Shown: positions 49,201-61,699 of the stretch, in pieces
Layout: the number at the start of each line of letters is the position of its first letter
Numbering within the stretch: position 1 is the stretch's first letter
Assembly: GCF_035084215.1 (NCBI RefSeq)
Contig: NC_090340.1
Location: forward strand, 5,890,001 to 5,954,000
Reading direction: 5' to 3'
Source of the DNA: Heptranchias perlo
Taxonomy: Eukaryota
Length of the DNA stretch: 64,000 nt
Translations under genes and position numbers: made by a program
Notes under the pieces: generated by a model
Told to the model about the DNA's origin: nothing
The model's database searches: none
What the model saw: only the letters and a program-made list of their open reading frames with translations

Positions 49201-52200
49201 TACAGGACAACTGGACGCGTTTTAGACCTAAACAACGAGTCCCAGACTGGAACAGAGACAATAATTTCCTTCATGCTTTTGTATTAATTTATCACTCTGT
49301 CAGTGAAACCATATTATAGAATACTGTCTCCGTATTAGCAAAGTAGAAACCGATTTAGAACGTAGGCCTAAATCACAGTGAAACACCAGCAGAAATAGAC
49401 ACCGGGAGATTAAAGAGATCCCACGGGACGGGTTCGGTTTAACTCGGATTTAAGTTCATTTCAATGCCCAGACATGGGGCCTTCCCGTCACCGAGTGCTG
49501 GATAAAGACAAGAACGAAATAAATATCGCCATGTACTGTTTCAAGCAAATCAAGCGTTCGTTATTAATACTAAAATGGCGGAAAAAATTCCCTCTTAAAG
49601 GGACTCTGCAGATGCGCCATGCTCTCCCTTCTCGCCCTCTGTTCTTTCCTTTCTCTGATATAATATACGAGTAGTGATTTCAACTCAATTCCTTTAACTC
49701 CCTTCCAGTGCCGCCAACGCCTGTGAAGATTACCCGCCTGCTCTCTCCGTCTCTCACACTCCTCTGTACAACGGCTGCTTTTTTCCCCGAGGAGTGTAAC
49801 CTCACTTGGTATCAAAATGGCTCCGAAATTAAATCTGGGATAAACACGGTGGCAACAAGGAGCGAAGAGGGATTGTATCAAGTTTCCAGCTCCCTCATCT
49901 CTGTGCAGAGCAACACGGTTTATATCTGCCGGGTGTCCCATGCCTCTCTCCCGACTGCAGCCAACGCCAGCTACACGGTTCGTGATCCGGGTAAGAGACC
50001 CTCCTCAGCACTTCAATAAGCTGTATCTGTATTACATATAGGAGCCATTCAGGGACTTTCTGTCACCACTAATCTGCACCAGAACATTTTCAATGCAGTG
50101 TGTTTGAAGGGGACTGAATGTGCTCATTGCAGTGTCAAAAAGTTTTTGAAGCGGCCCCTCACAGTGGTCACTATGCAAGATGGAGTCCTGCGCAATTGAA
50201 CAGCGGACCCATGTTTGGTTGGGGATTTAATTGTATTCTCATTGACAGAGGGTAGTCATTAATAGTTGTGGGACAATGCGGCCAGTCAGGATATATGGAG
50301 GACTAAGAGAAGTTGGTACGATCTGGTCAAAATGTTAAAATGAACCAAACTTTCGAAACACAGTATCTGACGTAACGCACTGAGCGGGGAAACCCATCTC
50401 CACTGCCCAGCTCTTCAACGACATGGGCAGATCCTCCATTGTCTGCTACTAGAGGTGTCCATTAGCGATCGGTGTAAGGATTGCTCTTCTTGATTTATAT
50501 CAATGATCTGGATTAAGGCGTCCACAAGTTCACTGATGGGACAAATATCTGTGCTGACGTCAGAACCCTTAAGGAGAAAATATTAACAATCGGATCTGGA
50601 TGCGATAGGGGAATGGGCCTGTATCTGGCAGATGACATTTAATGTAGATAAATGTAATGTAATGCATGTGGTTAGGTTTAATACCAAGTATGTGTGAACA
50701 GTGCTAGGCTCTGAATTAAAGAATTAAAGAGACATGGGTGTTACTGTCTGAATCTCGAAAGTTCCACGACCAAGGCCGAGGGGTGATGACCAAAGCTAGT
50801 AGAATATAACGATGTATAGCCGGGACAAACCAATAGAAACAAAGAGCACCATAATGTCCTTTCCCTTGGTCAGCCCTCATCTACAATATTGTGTCCAGTT
50901 CTGATTCCCTCATATGATGAGAGTTATTGGGGCATTGGGGGAAAAAAGTTCAGCGCTGAGCCACAAGATTGATACTATTTTAAGAACCCTTAGTTATCAC
51001 GACAGGTTCAAGGATTTGGGTATTTGTACTCTGGAAAAGCGTAGACTTCTGGATACTTAATTGAACGATGAAATGACAAGACTGTGTACACGTGGATAGA
51101 TCACTTGAATTGAATTATTAGCGAGAACGAGGGCTCATGGGTACATGTCCCTTAAGCACAGAACACGGTTAGATATCTGGAGGATAGTTATCGTCCAGAA
51201 AATCACTGACCTTTGGATTAAGTCGAAGTCTCGTGTAGTGAGTGCGGATTCTCTGCAAAGGTACAAAAGGAGCTGGACGAGTTCCTGAAGGAGGCTGATA
51301 TCGTTGTGTACAAAAGATAGGTGTGATGTTGCATGACGGCCCTCAAGGTCAATGTTATTTACTGGAACTCGTTTCTCATCACCTTCGGGTCGGAGAGAAA
51401 TCTCCAATAATTCTGTGGGGGATTTTGACTCTCCCTGGAGAGCAATCGGCACAAACAATCACGGGGAGAGAGACAGACAGACACATCCATAAAAAAAGAC
51501 ACCGCCACCTCCTCTCCTCACCCCCACGCACACACACACAAATATTTACATACACCAGATGAACAAAACTGCATAATCATTAATTAATTACGATTATTAA
51601 TCCGAATTAAATGCTGATATTATCAGAAATGGAAAGTCCCTGTGTGCTTTACACTGCGCTGTACTTTGGCCGTTTGATGCTGAGATACGATGGAGTCGCC
51701 TTAGTATCTCGGTGAGAGGCGATAGCTGTGATATGTCGGTGCTGTAAAATATCTGCCTTTGATTGAATATTTCGCAATATTTCGCCTGTAAAATGCTAAA
51801 ATTCCAATTTCTCTGCCAGTTTTAGCTAACCGGAACAATACTTTCCTCTACTCCCTGGTGTCGGGGTGTGCAGCAGGCGGGTTAATAATTCTCGTGCTGG
51901 TAATTCTTGTCAAGCGATGCAATTTCGTCAGAACTGAAGGTAAGAACTGACACGATCCTGATTCAGAATTAGGTTTGTTAGTTACATTTCAGCCCGGCGG
52001 CAGCGAGGGGGAGGGCACGGTGTCTCGGGCCCAGACTGGGATCTAGATTTTTGGAGCGGTGTCCGTTACACTAAGTGAGTTTATGTTCCTGGGGCCGAAT
52101 GTTGTGACGAGGGTCAGACCTTAAACCCAAGAGATCCCTCAGAATAATTTCAGCAGGTCTGAACATTGAAGCGATCCGTAGCTGCGGTTCGAACTTCGTG

Positions 52201-53742
52201 CAAAACAACAACTGAAGGTGGTGATGTGAATCGTTTACAGTAAATGTAGGGTTCTGTCGGGAGGGGCTCCAAATCTGGGGTCGAGGGCGGTGGAACTGGT
52301 GGTGGGAATGTGACACGTGGTGTTCGGTTGTAAAACGGTCCGTTTCTCGCCCAGCAATAGTACCGGATGTGACGGATCAAGTTCTAAACAGGAGAATTGA
52401 GTGACCGTTCAGACCATTTTCTATTGATCGGTGATTCTGGTCACTTTGCGGGAATGTTGGGTATATTTTGGCGGACACGTCGCGCATCTGGTTCATGGTG
52501 AAATTGATCATTGGTCTAAATTTATTTCTCTACTAGACACGGAGATTAGTGAGGAGAGACCCGGCCACTTCGAGGAGCAGGTCAGTATCATGCTAGTGTC
52601 ACGAGAAATAGACTGCTATTGCCCATGTAATGCACATTTATACCACATTTGTACCGGTATCACTCGGACATCAGGACTTCCCTCCGTAACTACGGAGCAC
52701 TCCGTGACCATTTGCGGGTTTATTGTTACCCAGAGACCACCCCTCCACTGAAAGTGTAGTCTCTGGCCTGTCAGTGCTGCGATTGTATCTGTATTAATGT
52801 AGCCCTCCAGTTCTCGCAGGCGCTGTTGTCGATATTTCTGACTTGTCAATGCGTTCGATTGGCTATTCATCTATGGGAAGCGTCATAGTTTAGCTCAATC
52901 CTGTTCTCACCTGACATCTCCACCATGACCTTTCCAGCAGGGTCTCTGGGTGTTGACCGGGACGGACTGCTGGCCGAGATTGCCCCCCTCCTGATTCAAA
53001 GGCACCAAAGCCAATTGTCCATCCTGAGATGAGAAAGCTCAGAACTCGAAGTGCGTTAACTACTCAACAGCACACGGGCCAGGCCTTGACCCACAGGGCC
53101 AGGGTGAGCTCTGATAACATGGTTTGTAAATGTATATTCAGGAGAATGTCTCCGGCTGGGAATTATTGTCCTCCCTTTTCCGTATCCGGCCTTCTATTAC
53201 ACCGCCAGCGCCATTAGAGCAATCCCCTGCACTGATGAGACTTACCCAAACCTTAACCGATGCCAATGGGTTTTAGTGGTCCTGTACGGTGCTGTTTGTG
53301 ATTTGATGTAGAGCTAATCTTTCTCCAAAAATTCTCTTCAGGCTGTGGGAGGAAGAAAGGACGGCAGTCCGTCTTACGCTGCTATCAACTTCAGCGGTCA
53401 CAGGAACATTGGAAAACCAAGACGTGAGGAAGATAGAACCGTCTATGCCCAGGTACAGTCGAGAAACGGAGCAGCCCATTCCAACCAGGACTGGTCCGGT
53501 ACTGGCGTCTGACCTCAGTAATGCACATTGAAGTCATAGAACGCTTAGTGTGAGTAACAGATCCTATTGATCTTTCATTGTTGCTTCCACAGACCAAGCA
53601 AGGGACGGATTGTACACTGACTTACGCGTCTCTGGATCGGACCGGCTCCCAGAAAATGGCAAGAAGGAAACAGAAAGAAAACGTAGCGGAGTATGCGGCG
53701 ATCAGGATCAACAAGCCAAGGGAAGAATACGGGATTGTATAA
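46215..53742 (+). CDS. VJ-C1-TM-ITIM/ITSM Ig-superfamily receptor, copy 2 (7 exons, 358 aa)
   Basis: Exons 46215-46269, 46466-46786, 49709-49990, 51826-51939, 52537-52580, 53342-53452, 53593-53742. Exon lengths and phases are identical to copy 1 and the frame is open throughout. Confidence 0.88.
46466..46786 (+). CDS. Copy 2 exon 2, VJ Ig domain
   Basis: CSFPLFDRNALVDVYW...DSGIYYC...GNGTELIVY; canonical splice sites. Confidence 0.93.
49709..49990 (+). CDS. Copy 2 exon 3, C1-set Ig domain
   Basis: LLCTTAAFFPEECNLTW...YICRVSHASL; canonical splice sites. Confidence 0.93.
51826..51939 (+). CDS. Copy 2 exon 4, transmembrane
   Basis: (A)NRNNTFLYSLVSGCAAGGLIILVLVILVKRCNFVRTE. Confidence 0.9.
52537..52580 (+). 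CDS. Copy 2 exon 5, (D)TEISEERPGHFEEQ
   Basis: Paralog of 21299-21342 with splice sites intact. Confidence 0.75.
53342..53452 (+). CDS. Copy 2 exon 6 (PSYAAI, TVYAQ)
   Basis: AVGGRKDGSPSYAAINFSGHRNIGKPRREEDRTVYAQ. Confidence 0.82.
53593..53742 (+). CDS. Copy 2 exon 7, terminal ITIM exon
   Basis: TKQGTDCTLTYASLDRTGSQKMARRKQKENVAEYAAIRINKPREEYGIV*. Confidence 0.85.
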   Translation, partial: TKQGTDCTLTYASLDRTGSQKMARRKQKENVAEYAAIRINKPREEYGIV

Positions 53743-56700
53743 ACAGCAGCAAATGTCCAGTGATGTTAACGTCACACAGGGGCTGGCCATCTTGGTGTCT
53801 GAAGACCACACTTATCTGTATTTAGTGGGTTGTTTGTCAACTGGATTGTTATTTATTGGAATGGGAGAAGGAGTAGCAGCTTTTACTGGCAGAGTGCCAC
53901 TGCGATTTGGAGGTTGCGCTTATTCTTGAAATCTGCACTTCCAGTGAATGGAGGAGTCAATGCTTAACTCTTTTATAGGTTTCAAATGGGACCAAAGGAA
54001 ATGGGAGCGTCTTGTCTCGTTGGGGGAAATCGATGAGGCCATTTATTGTGGGTCAGTTCTGTTAATTTAGAAGGATTGAGCAGTGGAGTTTATTTTGGGC
54101 CTGTGTCGCGAATATACCGGATTTCGGGGAGGGTTCTGAATGTATTCCATCTAAATATTAAATCATTATCAGGCTCCTAACGGGCCAACTGAATGGTGTT
54201 TGGTGACTGGACATCAATTACCGCGGCCCATTCTGTGCAGAAACAACTATTCCTTCAGTTTCATTTAGTGAATTTCACACTTTCAATGTTGAGAATTCCT
54301 TTCAGTCCCGATTTCGCTCTTTCTGGATGCATTTGACACTTTAAATCAAATCTGTCCCCGTGCCGAACATTTCCATTTCTGGGTATTTTAATCACTCAGT
54401 TTGCCTGTTTTGACAGGAATGAACCAGGTGTTTTCGAATGTGCAGTGGGACAGGCCTGGGACAAACTCCGGCTCCCTTCCTCACTGTGAAATTTATGTAA
54501 TTCCATAGAATTTACAGCATAGAAACAGGCCATTCGACCCCATTAATCTGTCCTGGTGTTTATGCTTCACACGAGCCTCTTGCCATCCTACTTCATCTAA
54601 CGCTATGAGCAGATCGTTCTATTCCTTTCTCCCTTGTGTACTTATCTGGCTTCCCTTAATAGCATCCATGCTATTCGCCTCAACTGCTCCACGTGGTAGC
54701 AAGTTTCACATTCCAATCACACTGGGAAAAGAAGTTTCTCCTAAATTCTTTCTTGGATTTATTAGTGACTATCTTATATTTATGGCCCTTAGTATTGGAC
54801 TGCCCCGCAAGTGGAAACATTTTCTCTCAGCCTACTCTTTCTTACCACTTCACAATTTTAAGTTCTTCTATTAACAGCACAGTGGGAGAACCTTCACCAC
54901 ACGGACTGCAGCGGTTTAAAAAGGCGGATTACCACCACCTTCTCAAGGGCAATTAGAGATGGGTAATAAAGGCTGGCCTTGCCTGCGACACCCACAACCC
55001 ATGAATGAATAAAAAAAAGGTCACAGCTAATACTTCTCATTTCTAGAGAAAAGAGCCCCAGCCTCGTCATTCTTTCCTGATATTTAGAACCTCTCAGTCC
55101 TGGTATCATCCTTGTAAATCTTGTTTGCACCTTTTCCAATGCCTCTATATCCTTTTTGTCGTATAGTGGCCAGAACACAGCATGGTGTAACCAACGTTCT
55201 ATAAAAGTTTAACATAACTTCCATGCTTTTCAATTCTATCCTTCCAGAAATGAACCCCAGTGCATGCTTTGCATTGTTATGGCCTTGTTGACTAACGTTG
55301 CTATTTTTAGTGATTTGTGAATGTGCAACCCGAGACCTCTTTTCTCCTGCATCCCATTTGGACTCTTATTTCCCAAGGAGTATGCAGCCTCCTTATTCTA
55401 ACTATTAAATCACCTCACACTTAGCTGTACTAAAATTCTTTCGTTATTTACACGCCAATTCTGCATGTTTATTAACGTCTTCTTGGATTTTGTTGCAGTC
55501 TTCTTTAGTATTAACGATAATCCACAGTTTTAAAATTGTATTTCCGATTCCCGAGTTCCAATCATTTATAAAAATAGTGAACAACAGTGGTCCCAGCACC
55601 GACCCCTTTGGAGCACGACTTCCCAGCTTCCGTCAGTCTGACTAACTCCCTTTAACCCCGACTCTCTGTTTTCTGTTTTGTAGCCAGTTTGCTCTCCATT
55701 TTACTTCTTGTCCCGACTCCACATGCTTTGTCCTCAGTCATGAGTTTACCATGTGGTACCTTATCAAAGGCCTTTTGAAAATCCAAGTACACTACATCTA
55801 GTACATTAACCTTGTCTACTCTTTCTGTTCCTTCTTCAAAGAATTCAATAAGGTTGGACAAGCGTGACATTCCCTTTTGAAATACGTATTGACTATTCCT
55901 TATTAAATTTAGGTTTCCAGACATGTTTCTATTGCATCTTTGAGTAAAGGTTATATTATCTATCCTGCTACCGATGAAAAGCCAACTGGTCTATAGTTCC
56001 CTGGACTTGCTGTACCGCTTTTTTTAAATGTAGGAATAAAATTAACTGTCATCCAGTCCTCTGGCACTGTATCGTTTTCTAACGAATATTTATAAATATA
56101 TAATAATGCCTCTCTGATCTGTAACCTGGCTTCTTTTAGTACGCACGGATATAATGCACCCAGACCAAGGGTTTTACACTCTCTAAGCTTAATTAGTTGA
56201 TCAATCATCTCCCCCTTTTCTACCTTAAATGTCTTGATATCTTTTTGATCACGTACATTACATGTTCTTGAAGGGCTGTATTTGCACTTCCATTACTTAA
56301 ATATTTACATTAGTTCGGATTTTCCTCACAATCCCAAACGGTGACACTGCTCCCTGACGCTGGATTATACGGAATATAATCTATCGTACGGTATCAAGCA
56401 TATTACACGTACAGTTAACCTCGGCCCCCAAACAAGTCAACACCCCATCAACACCAGTTGAACCCGCGGAATATTCATGCTATGGCGGTGCTAACTCACT
56501 GCCCAGCTGCGGTTAACTGTAGGTTCAATGTCCAAGTGCCACCACGTTGCCAATTGCAATCTGAACCCCCCGCCCCCCCCCCCCCCCCCCGGCGAATGGC
56601 CAAGCTGGGCTGGACTGGCCAGGTCTAAGGTCGGCTAACTCGATGAAAAGTGTTCTCAACATGTCACCGATCTGCGTAATGTCTGGGAGGCGGATCATTA

Positions 56701-57049
56701 CCAGATGGAGCATGTTCTGGACCTCTGCTTCTGTGCGTGAACTGGATCGTGAATCGTGTACTTCAGCCCTGGAGTATACGGATAGTCTGGAATGTCTGCC
56801 TTCTGTTATCGGTACCGGTAAAGATCAGAAATCAGATTGGAGAGGATAAGAGGAATTTCATTGCAAGACATTACTGCCGGAGTTGTAGCGTGGGAACCCG
56901 CACCTCAGTGTGATTCAGTCGCACTAACTTGGTAGGGGGGTATAAGACGTGGAAGCAGTTAGCAAAGTAAAAGGGACACGGGTTGTAAAGGAGATAAGGA
57001 AAGCAGGAAAGTCATAAAGTAAATCAGAAAGAGGAGAATTAGAACGTGT

Positions 57050-58050
57050 AAGGATACCAAACAGAGAAGCAGTTTTGAGATGCATGACGCTTAATGCACA
57101 ATGTATTGTGAATCAAACTGGTGAGCGAGGGACACAAAATGCTGTGGTGGATGTTCGATATCACAGACTTAATAACGTCTCAGTTCAGGCTAAGGCAGGA
57201 CTGGGAGCTGAACTTTCCTGGTTCCAAAATACTCCAGTAGGTTAGAGTAGGAAAAAGGGAGTCAGGGTGATAGTATTAATGAAAGATTCCATTACAGTTG
57301 GAGGATAGAGGAATGGTATAAGGGTGGATCAAAAGCCAAATTTGTTTGCTTATAACTAAGAAACAAGAATTTGTCTATTGGGAATATACTATCGACCATC
57401 AGCGAGTGGAAATGAGATAAAGTGGCGAAATGTAGACAGATAGGAGAAGTGTGCAGATGCTATAGAACCTTCATGAAAGGTGACTTCAATTATCCAAAGA
57501 AGGACTGGAGTAAAAGTATTGGAGAAAGGGATGGGATTCTACATTGTGGCGCAGACTGTTTCATAGATCAATTTGCGTTCAATCCAATGAGCAAAGATGT
57601 AGTGTTGGTGATAGTTCTACCGAATTAAATGGGACAGATAGATTATAGAAGGTTTGGTGAACATCGAGAAGACAGTGATATAAAAATTGAAAAGGAAAGG
57701 GAACCGCTAAAAAATGATTGGAAATAAGACAACTTCGACGATATAGTAATGGAACTAACAGATACATTCGCAAAACATATTGGTAGATAAGATAGTGCAC
57801 AAAAGTTCAAAGACGAGATGCTTGGAGTACAAACTAGATACATTCCCGCATGAAGTAAGGGGGACAACAAAACCTGGAGTGTGGCGAATGAACGGAGAAA
57901 TTCTAATTCAACTGAGTCTTAGGGGTGTATCGCAAACCTAGAGCGAACAACACAAAATAAAATCATACAGATCATGGAAATTATAAAGGAGAAGCAAAAG
58001 AAAGAGAGGTAAATAGAGAGCTGTACATACAAGTTCACGGATGACACAAA
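57050..58050 (+). mobile_element. Old CR1 APE-domain remnant
   Basis: YYRP and GDFNYP motifs. Confidence 0.6.
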
Positions 58051-58064
58051 GAGAGGTGGCATAG

Positions 58065-60575
58065 GATCATAGAATGGTTACAGCCATGCGGCCCATCGAG
58101 ACGCAGCCAGATCCGGTCTTTGTAAGAGCAATCCAGTAGGTCCCATTTCCATCCTCTTTCCCCGTAGACCTGCAATATTTTCCCGTCAAGTATTTATCCA
58201 TGCCTTTAAAGTCATGATTAAATCTGCTTTCCCCACCTTTCAAGCAGTGCATCCAGACCTTAAATACTCGCTACATAAAAAAATGTTTTCCTCATTTAAC
58301 CTTTGGTTCGTTTGCTATTCACCTTAAACCTGTATCCTCTGGTTCTCGACCCTTCTGCCAATGTGAATAGTTTCCCTTTATTTACTTTATCTGAACTCTT
58401 CATGTCTTTGAGCACTTCAATCAAATCTCCTCTTAACCTTCTCTGCTCCAAGGAGAACAACCACAGCTTCTCCAGTCTATCCATGTCGCTGAAGTCCCTC
58501 ATCCCTGGAACCAGTCTAGTAAATCTCCTCTGCACCCTTTCTAATGCCTTCACATCCTTCCTACAGTGTAGTGCCCAGAATTGGACACAATACTCCAGCT
58601 GTGGCCGAACCAGTGTTTTATAAATGTTCAACATAACTCCCTTGCATTTAAATCCTATGCCTCTCTTTATAAAGCCCAGGATCCCGTATGCTTTTTAACT
58701 GCTTTCGCAGCCTGTCCGGCCATTTTAAAAAATCTGTGCACATATACCCCCAGGTCCCTCTGTTTCTACACCCACTTTAGAATTGTACCATTTAGCTTAT
58801 TTTGCATATCCTCGTTCTATCTACCAAAATTTATTACTTCGTACTTCCCTGTAAAATGTCATCTGTAACCTGTCCGCCTATTCTACCACCATAGGATCGT
58901 ATAATTATAGACATTTACGGCACAGAAGGAGGCCATTCGGCTCATCGTATCCGTGCCGGCCGAAAAAAAGATATCCTGCCTAATCCCACTTTCCAACTCT
59001 TGGTCCACAGCGTTGTCGGCTGCGGCATTTCAACTTCATATCCAGGTACTTTATGAATGCGACGAGGGTTTCTGCCTTTCGGACAGTGAGTTCCAGACCC
59101 CCACCACCTTCTGGATGAAAAATAGTCTCCTCAGTTCTCCTTTAATCTTTCTACCAAATACTTTAAATCTATGTCTCCCGTCTATTGACCTCTCTGCTAA
59201 GGGAAATAGGACCTTCTTATCCATTCTATCTAAGCCCTTCATAATTTTACACACCTCAATTAAATCTCCCCTAAGCCTCCTCTGTTCCAAAGTAAACAAC
59301 CCCAGAATATCTAATCTTTCCTCATAGCTAAAATTCTCCAGTCCTGGCAACATCCTCGTAAATCTCAACTGTACCCTTTCTAGTGCAATCACAAATTTCC
59401 TGTAATGTGGTGGCCAGAACTGTACGCAGTAATCTACCTGTTCCCTTACCAATGTTTTATACATTTCTAACATAACAGATCTGCTCTTATATTCTATGCC
59501 TTGGCTAATAAAGGAAAGTATCCCTTAAGCTTTATTAACCACCTTATCTATCTGTCCTGCTACCTTCAGGGATCTGTGGACATGCACTCCAATGTCCCTC
59601 TGTTCCTCTACACTTCTCAGTATCCTGCCGTTTATTGTGTATTCCCTTGCCTTGTTTGCCCTGCCCAAATGCATTACCTCACACTTCTCCAGATTGAATT
59701 CCATTTGCCACTTTTCTGCCCACCTGACCAGTTCTTTGAGATCTTCCGGCAGTCGACAGCTTTCTTCCTCACTATCAACCACACGGCCAACTTTTATATC
59801 ATCTGCAAACTTCTTAATCATGCCCCCAACATTTAAGTCTAAATCATTGATATATACCACAAAAGCAAGGAACCGAGTACGGGGTGCTGTGGATCTCCCT
59901 GGAAACAGCCATTCAGTCACAAAAATAGCCGTTGACCATTGACCTTTGCTTCCTGCTACTGAGCCAATTTTGGACCCAACTTGCCAATTTCTCTTGGATC
60001 CCATGGGCTTTCACTTTACTGACCAGTCTGCCATGTTGGAAATTGTGAAAAGCCTTGCTAAAATCCATGGACACTATTTCAAATGCGCCACCCTCGTTGT
60101 TACCGCCTCAAACAAAATCGATCAACTTAGTCAGACACGACCTTTCCTTAACAAATCCATGCGGACTGTCCTTGATTAATCCGTGCATTTCTAAGTGACG
60201 ATTAATACTGTCCCTCAGAATTTTTTCCAATAATGTACCTACCAACATAGGAAGTAGTGTAGACGGGAGCATAAAGTTGCAAAGAGAAATTGATAGTTTA
60301 AGCGAGTGGGCAAAACTGTAGCAAATGAATTAGAACACAGCTAAATGTGAGTTCATCTAATTTGGACGAAAAAAGGAATATTCCGAGCATTTTTAAAATG
60401 GTGAAAAGATTGAATCCATGGAGGTCCAAATCACTAAAATGTAGCGGTCAGGTAAAAAAAGTAATTTTTACAAGGGATATTTCGAGGGCTAAGATACAAA
60501 GGGAGGAAGTTTTGCTAAAGTTATACAAAGCCCTGGTTGGACCACATCTGGAGCACTGTGTACATTTCTGGGCCA
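58065..60575 (-). mobile_element. Cluster of CR1 fragments (58065-58890 -, 58895-60245 -, 60250-60575 +)
   Basis: RT C-terminal ORFs; FADD. Confidence 0.8.
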
Positions 60576-61699
60576 CAGAGCACAGCATGAACAGAACGTG
60601 CAGCACGCTGATCAGCTGCTGCTACTGCAATCCTCTCACCGACTAGCGGTGGCGCTAAAGAGCAGCCTGCTCACCACTAACCGAGAATAAAAGGGAAATG
60701 GGTCTGGAGGAAATCAAGAAAAGGAATTGAAGGAAAAGATAAGAGAATACACGCTGGATAACAAATGACCGGGGCGAGTTACAAGAGAGTGATTCGATGG
60801 CGGAGCTGGGCGATGTCTCAAACACGGAGAGCTATACTCAAACAGGTTGTTAAATTCGAGGAACCCAAATTTATTGTGATTGAGAAGGAGGGCAGGGACC
60901 CTTTTCATTTTACACCTGGGAGAGCAATCCCACAATTCCTGCTGTCAGCGTTCTATTCCCATAGATCAGAGGGCCAATTAGTTTAACGTTTCCTATTCTA
61001 CTAAAAGTGAACTCAAACAAGTACGTAAATGATAGGCTCTTTCTCCAACTATAATCTTTGAGTCACTCGGGCACAAACCCCAACAGAAGCTTGTACTCAT
61101 GATGGAAATACAAATGACAGCTGGATGGAAACTTTGCACCGACATAAAACAGGGTTTTATTAACCTGCGCCGTTGAACTCCATAATGGATGAGGCACTCT
61201 AAGGGGAAACACATAACGAGGAATGGCTGGATGGGGATTAAGCTTTGGAGTGAAGTCGCTGTTTTCTGTCTCTCGATGATCGAGTGAATTAGATGCCAGT
61301 TAAACTGTTGCTGGGATCTGTCTCCATTCACGCAATGTGCGAAACCCCTCTCATCGACCGAACTGACAGGAAAGTGCAGGGCGGTAGGTATGTCGAGATG
61401 GATGGGATAGCTGAGAGCTTAAATATCACATTAATTATACAATGTAACATCTGGTAGCGTCTTCTCCCTAATGGAAAGGCCACAGAAGCCTCACGTGAAA
61501 TGTACAGTGTTTTTTTTATAAAACTCTGGGCCCAATCTCCCGGGGCTGGAGGTTGGAGATTGGGTTCCTACATTTTGGGGCTGATTCTCTAAAGCATTTC
61601 CTCAAAGGACAATGCTAAAACTCGAAGCAGCAAGTTTGGCCTTTTGCTGTAATATTATGGGATATCATGGGCCATTGACCATCCCCTGGATAATGCATT

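Larger units (their letters stand above)
25313..56170 (+). repeat. Segmental duplication unit 2
   Basis: Colinear with unit 1 apart from unit-specific TE insertions and deletions. Confidence 0.88.
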
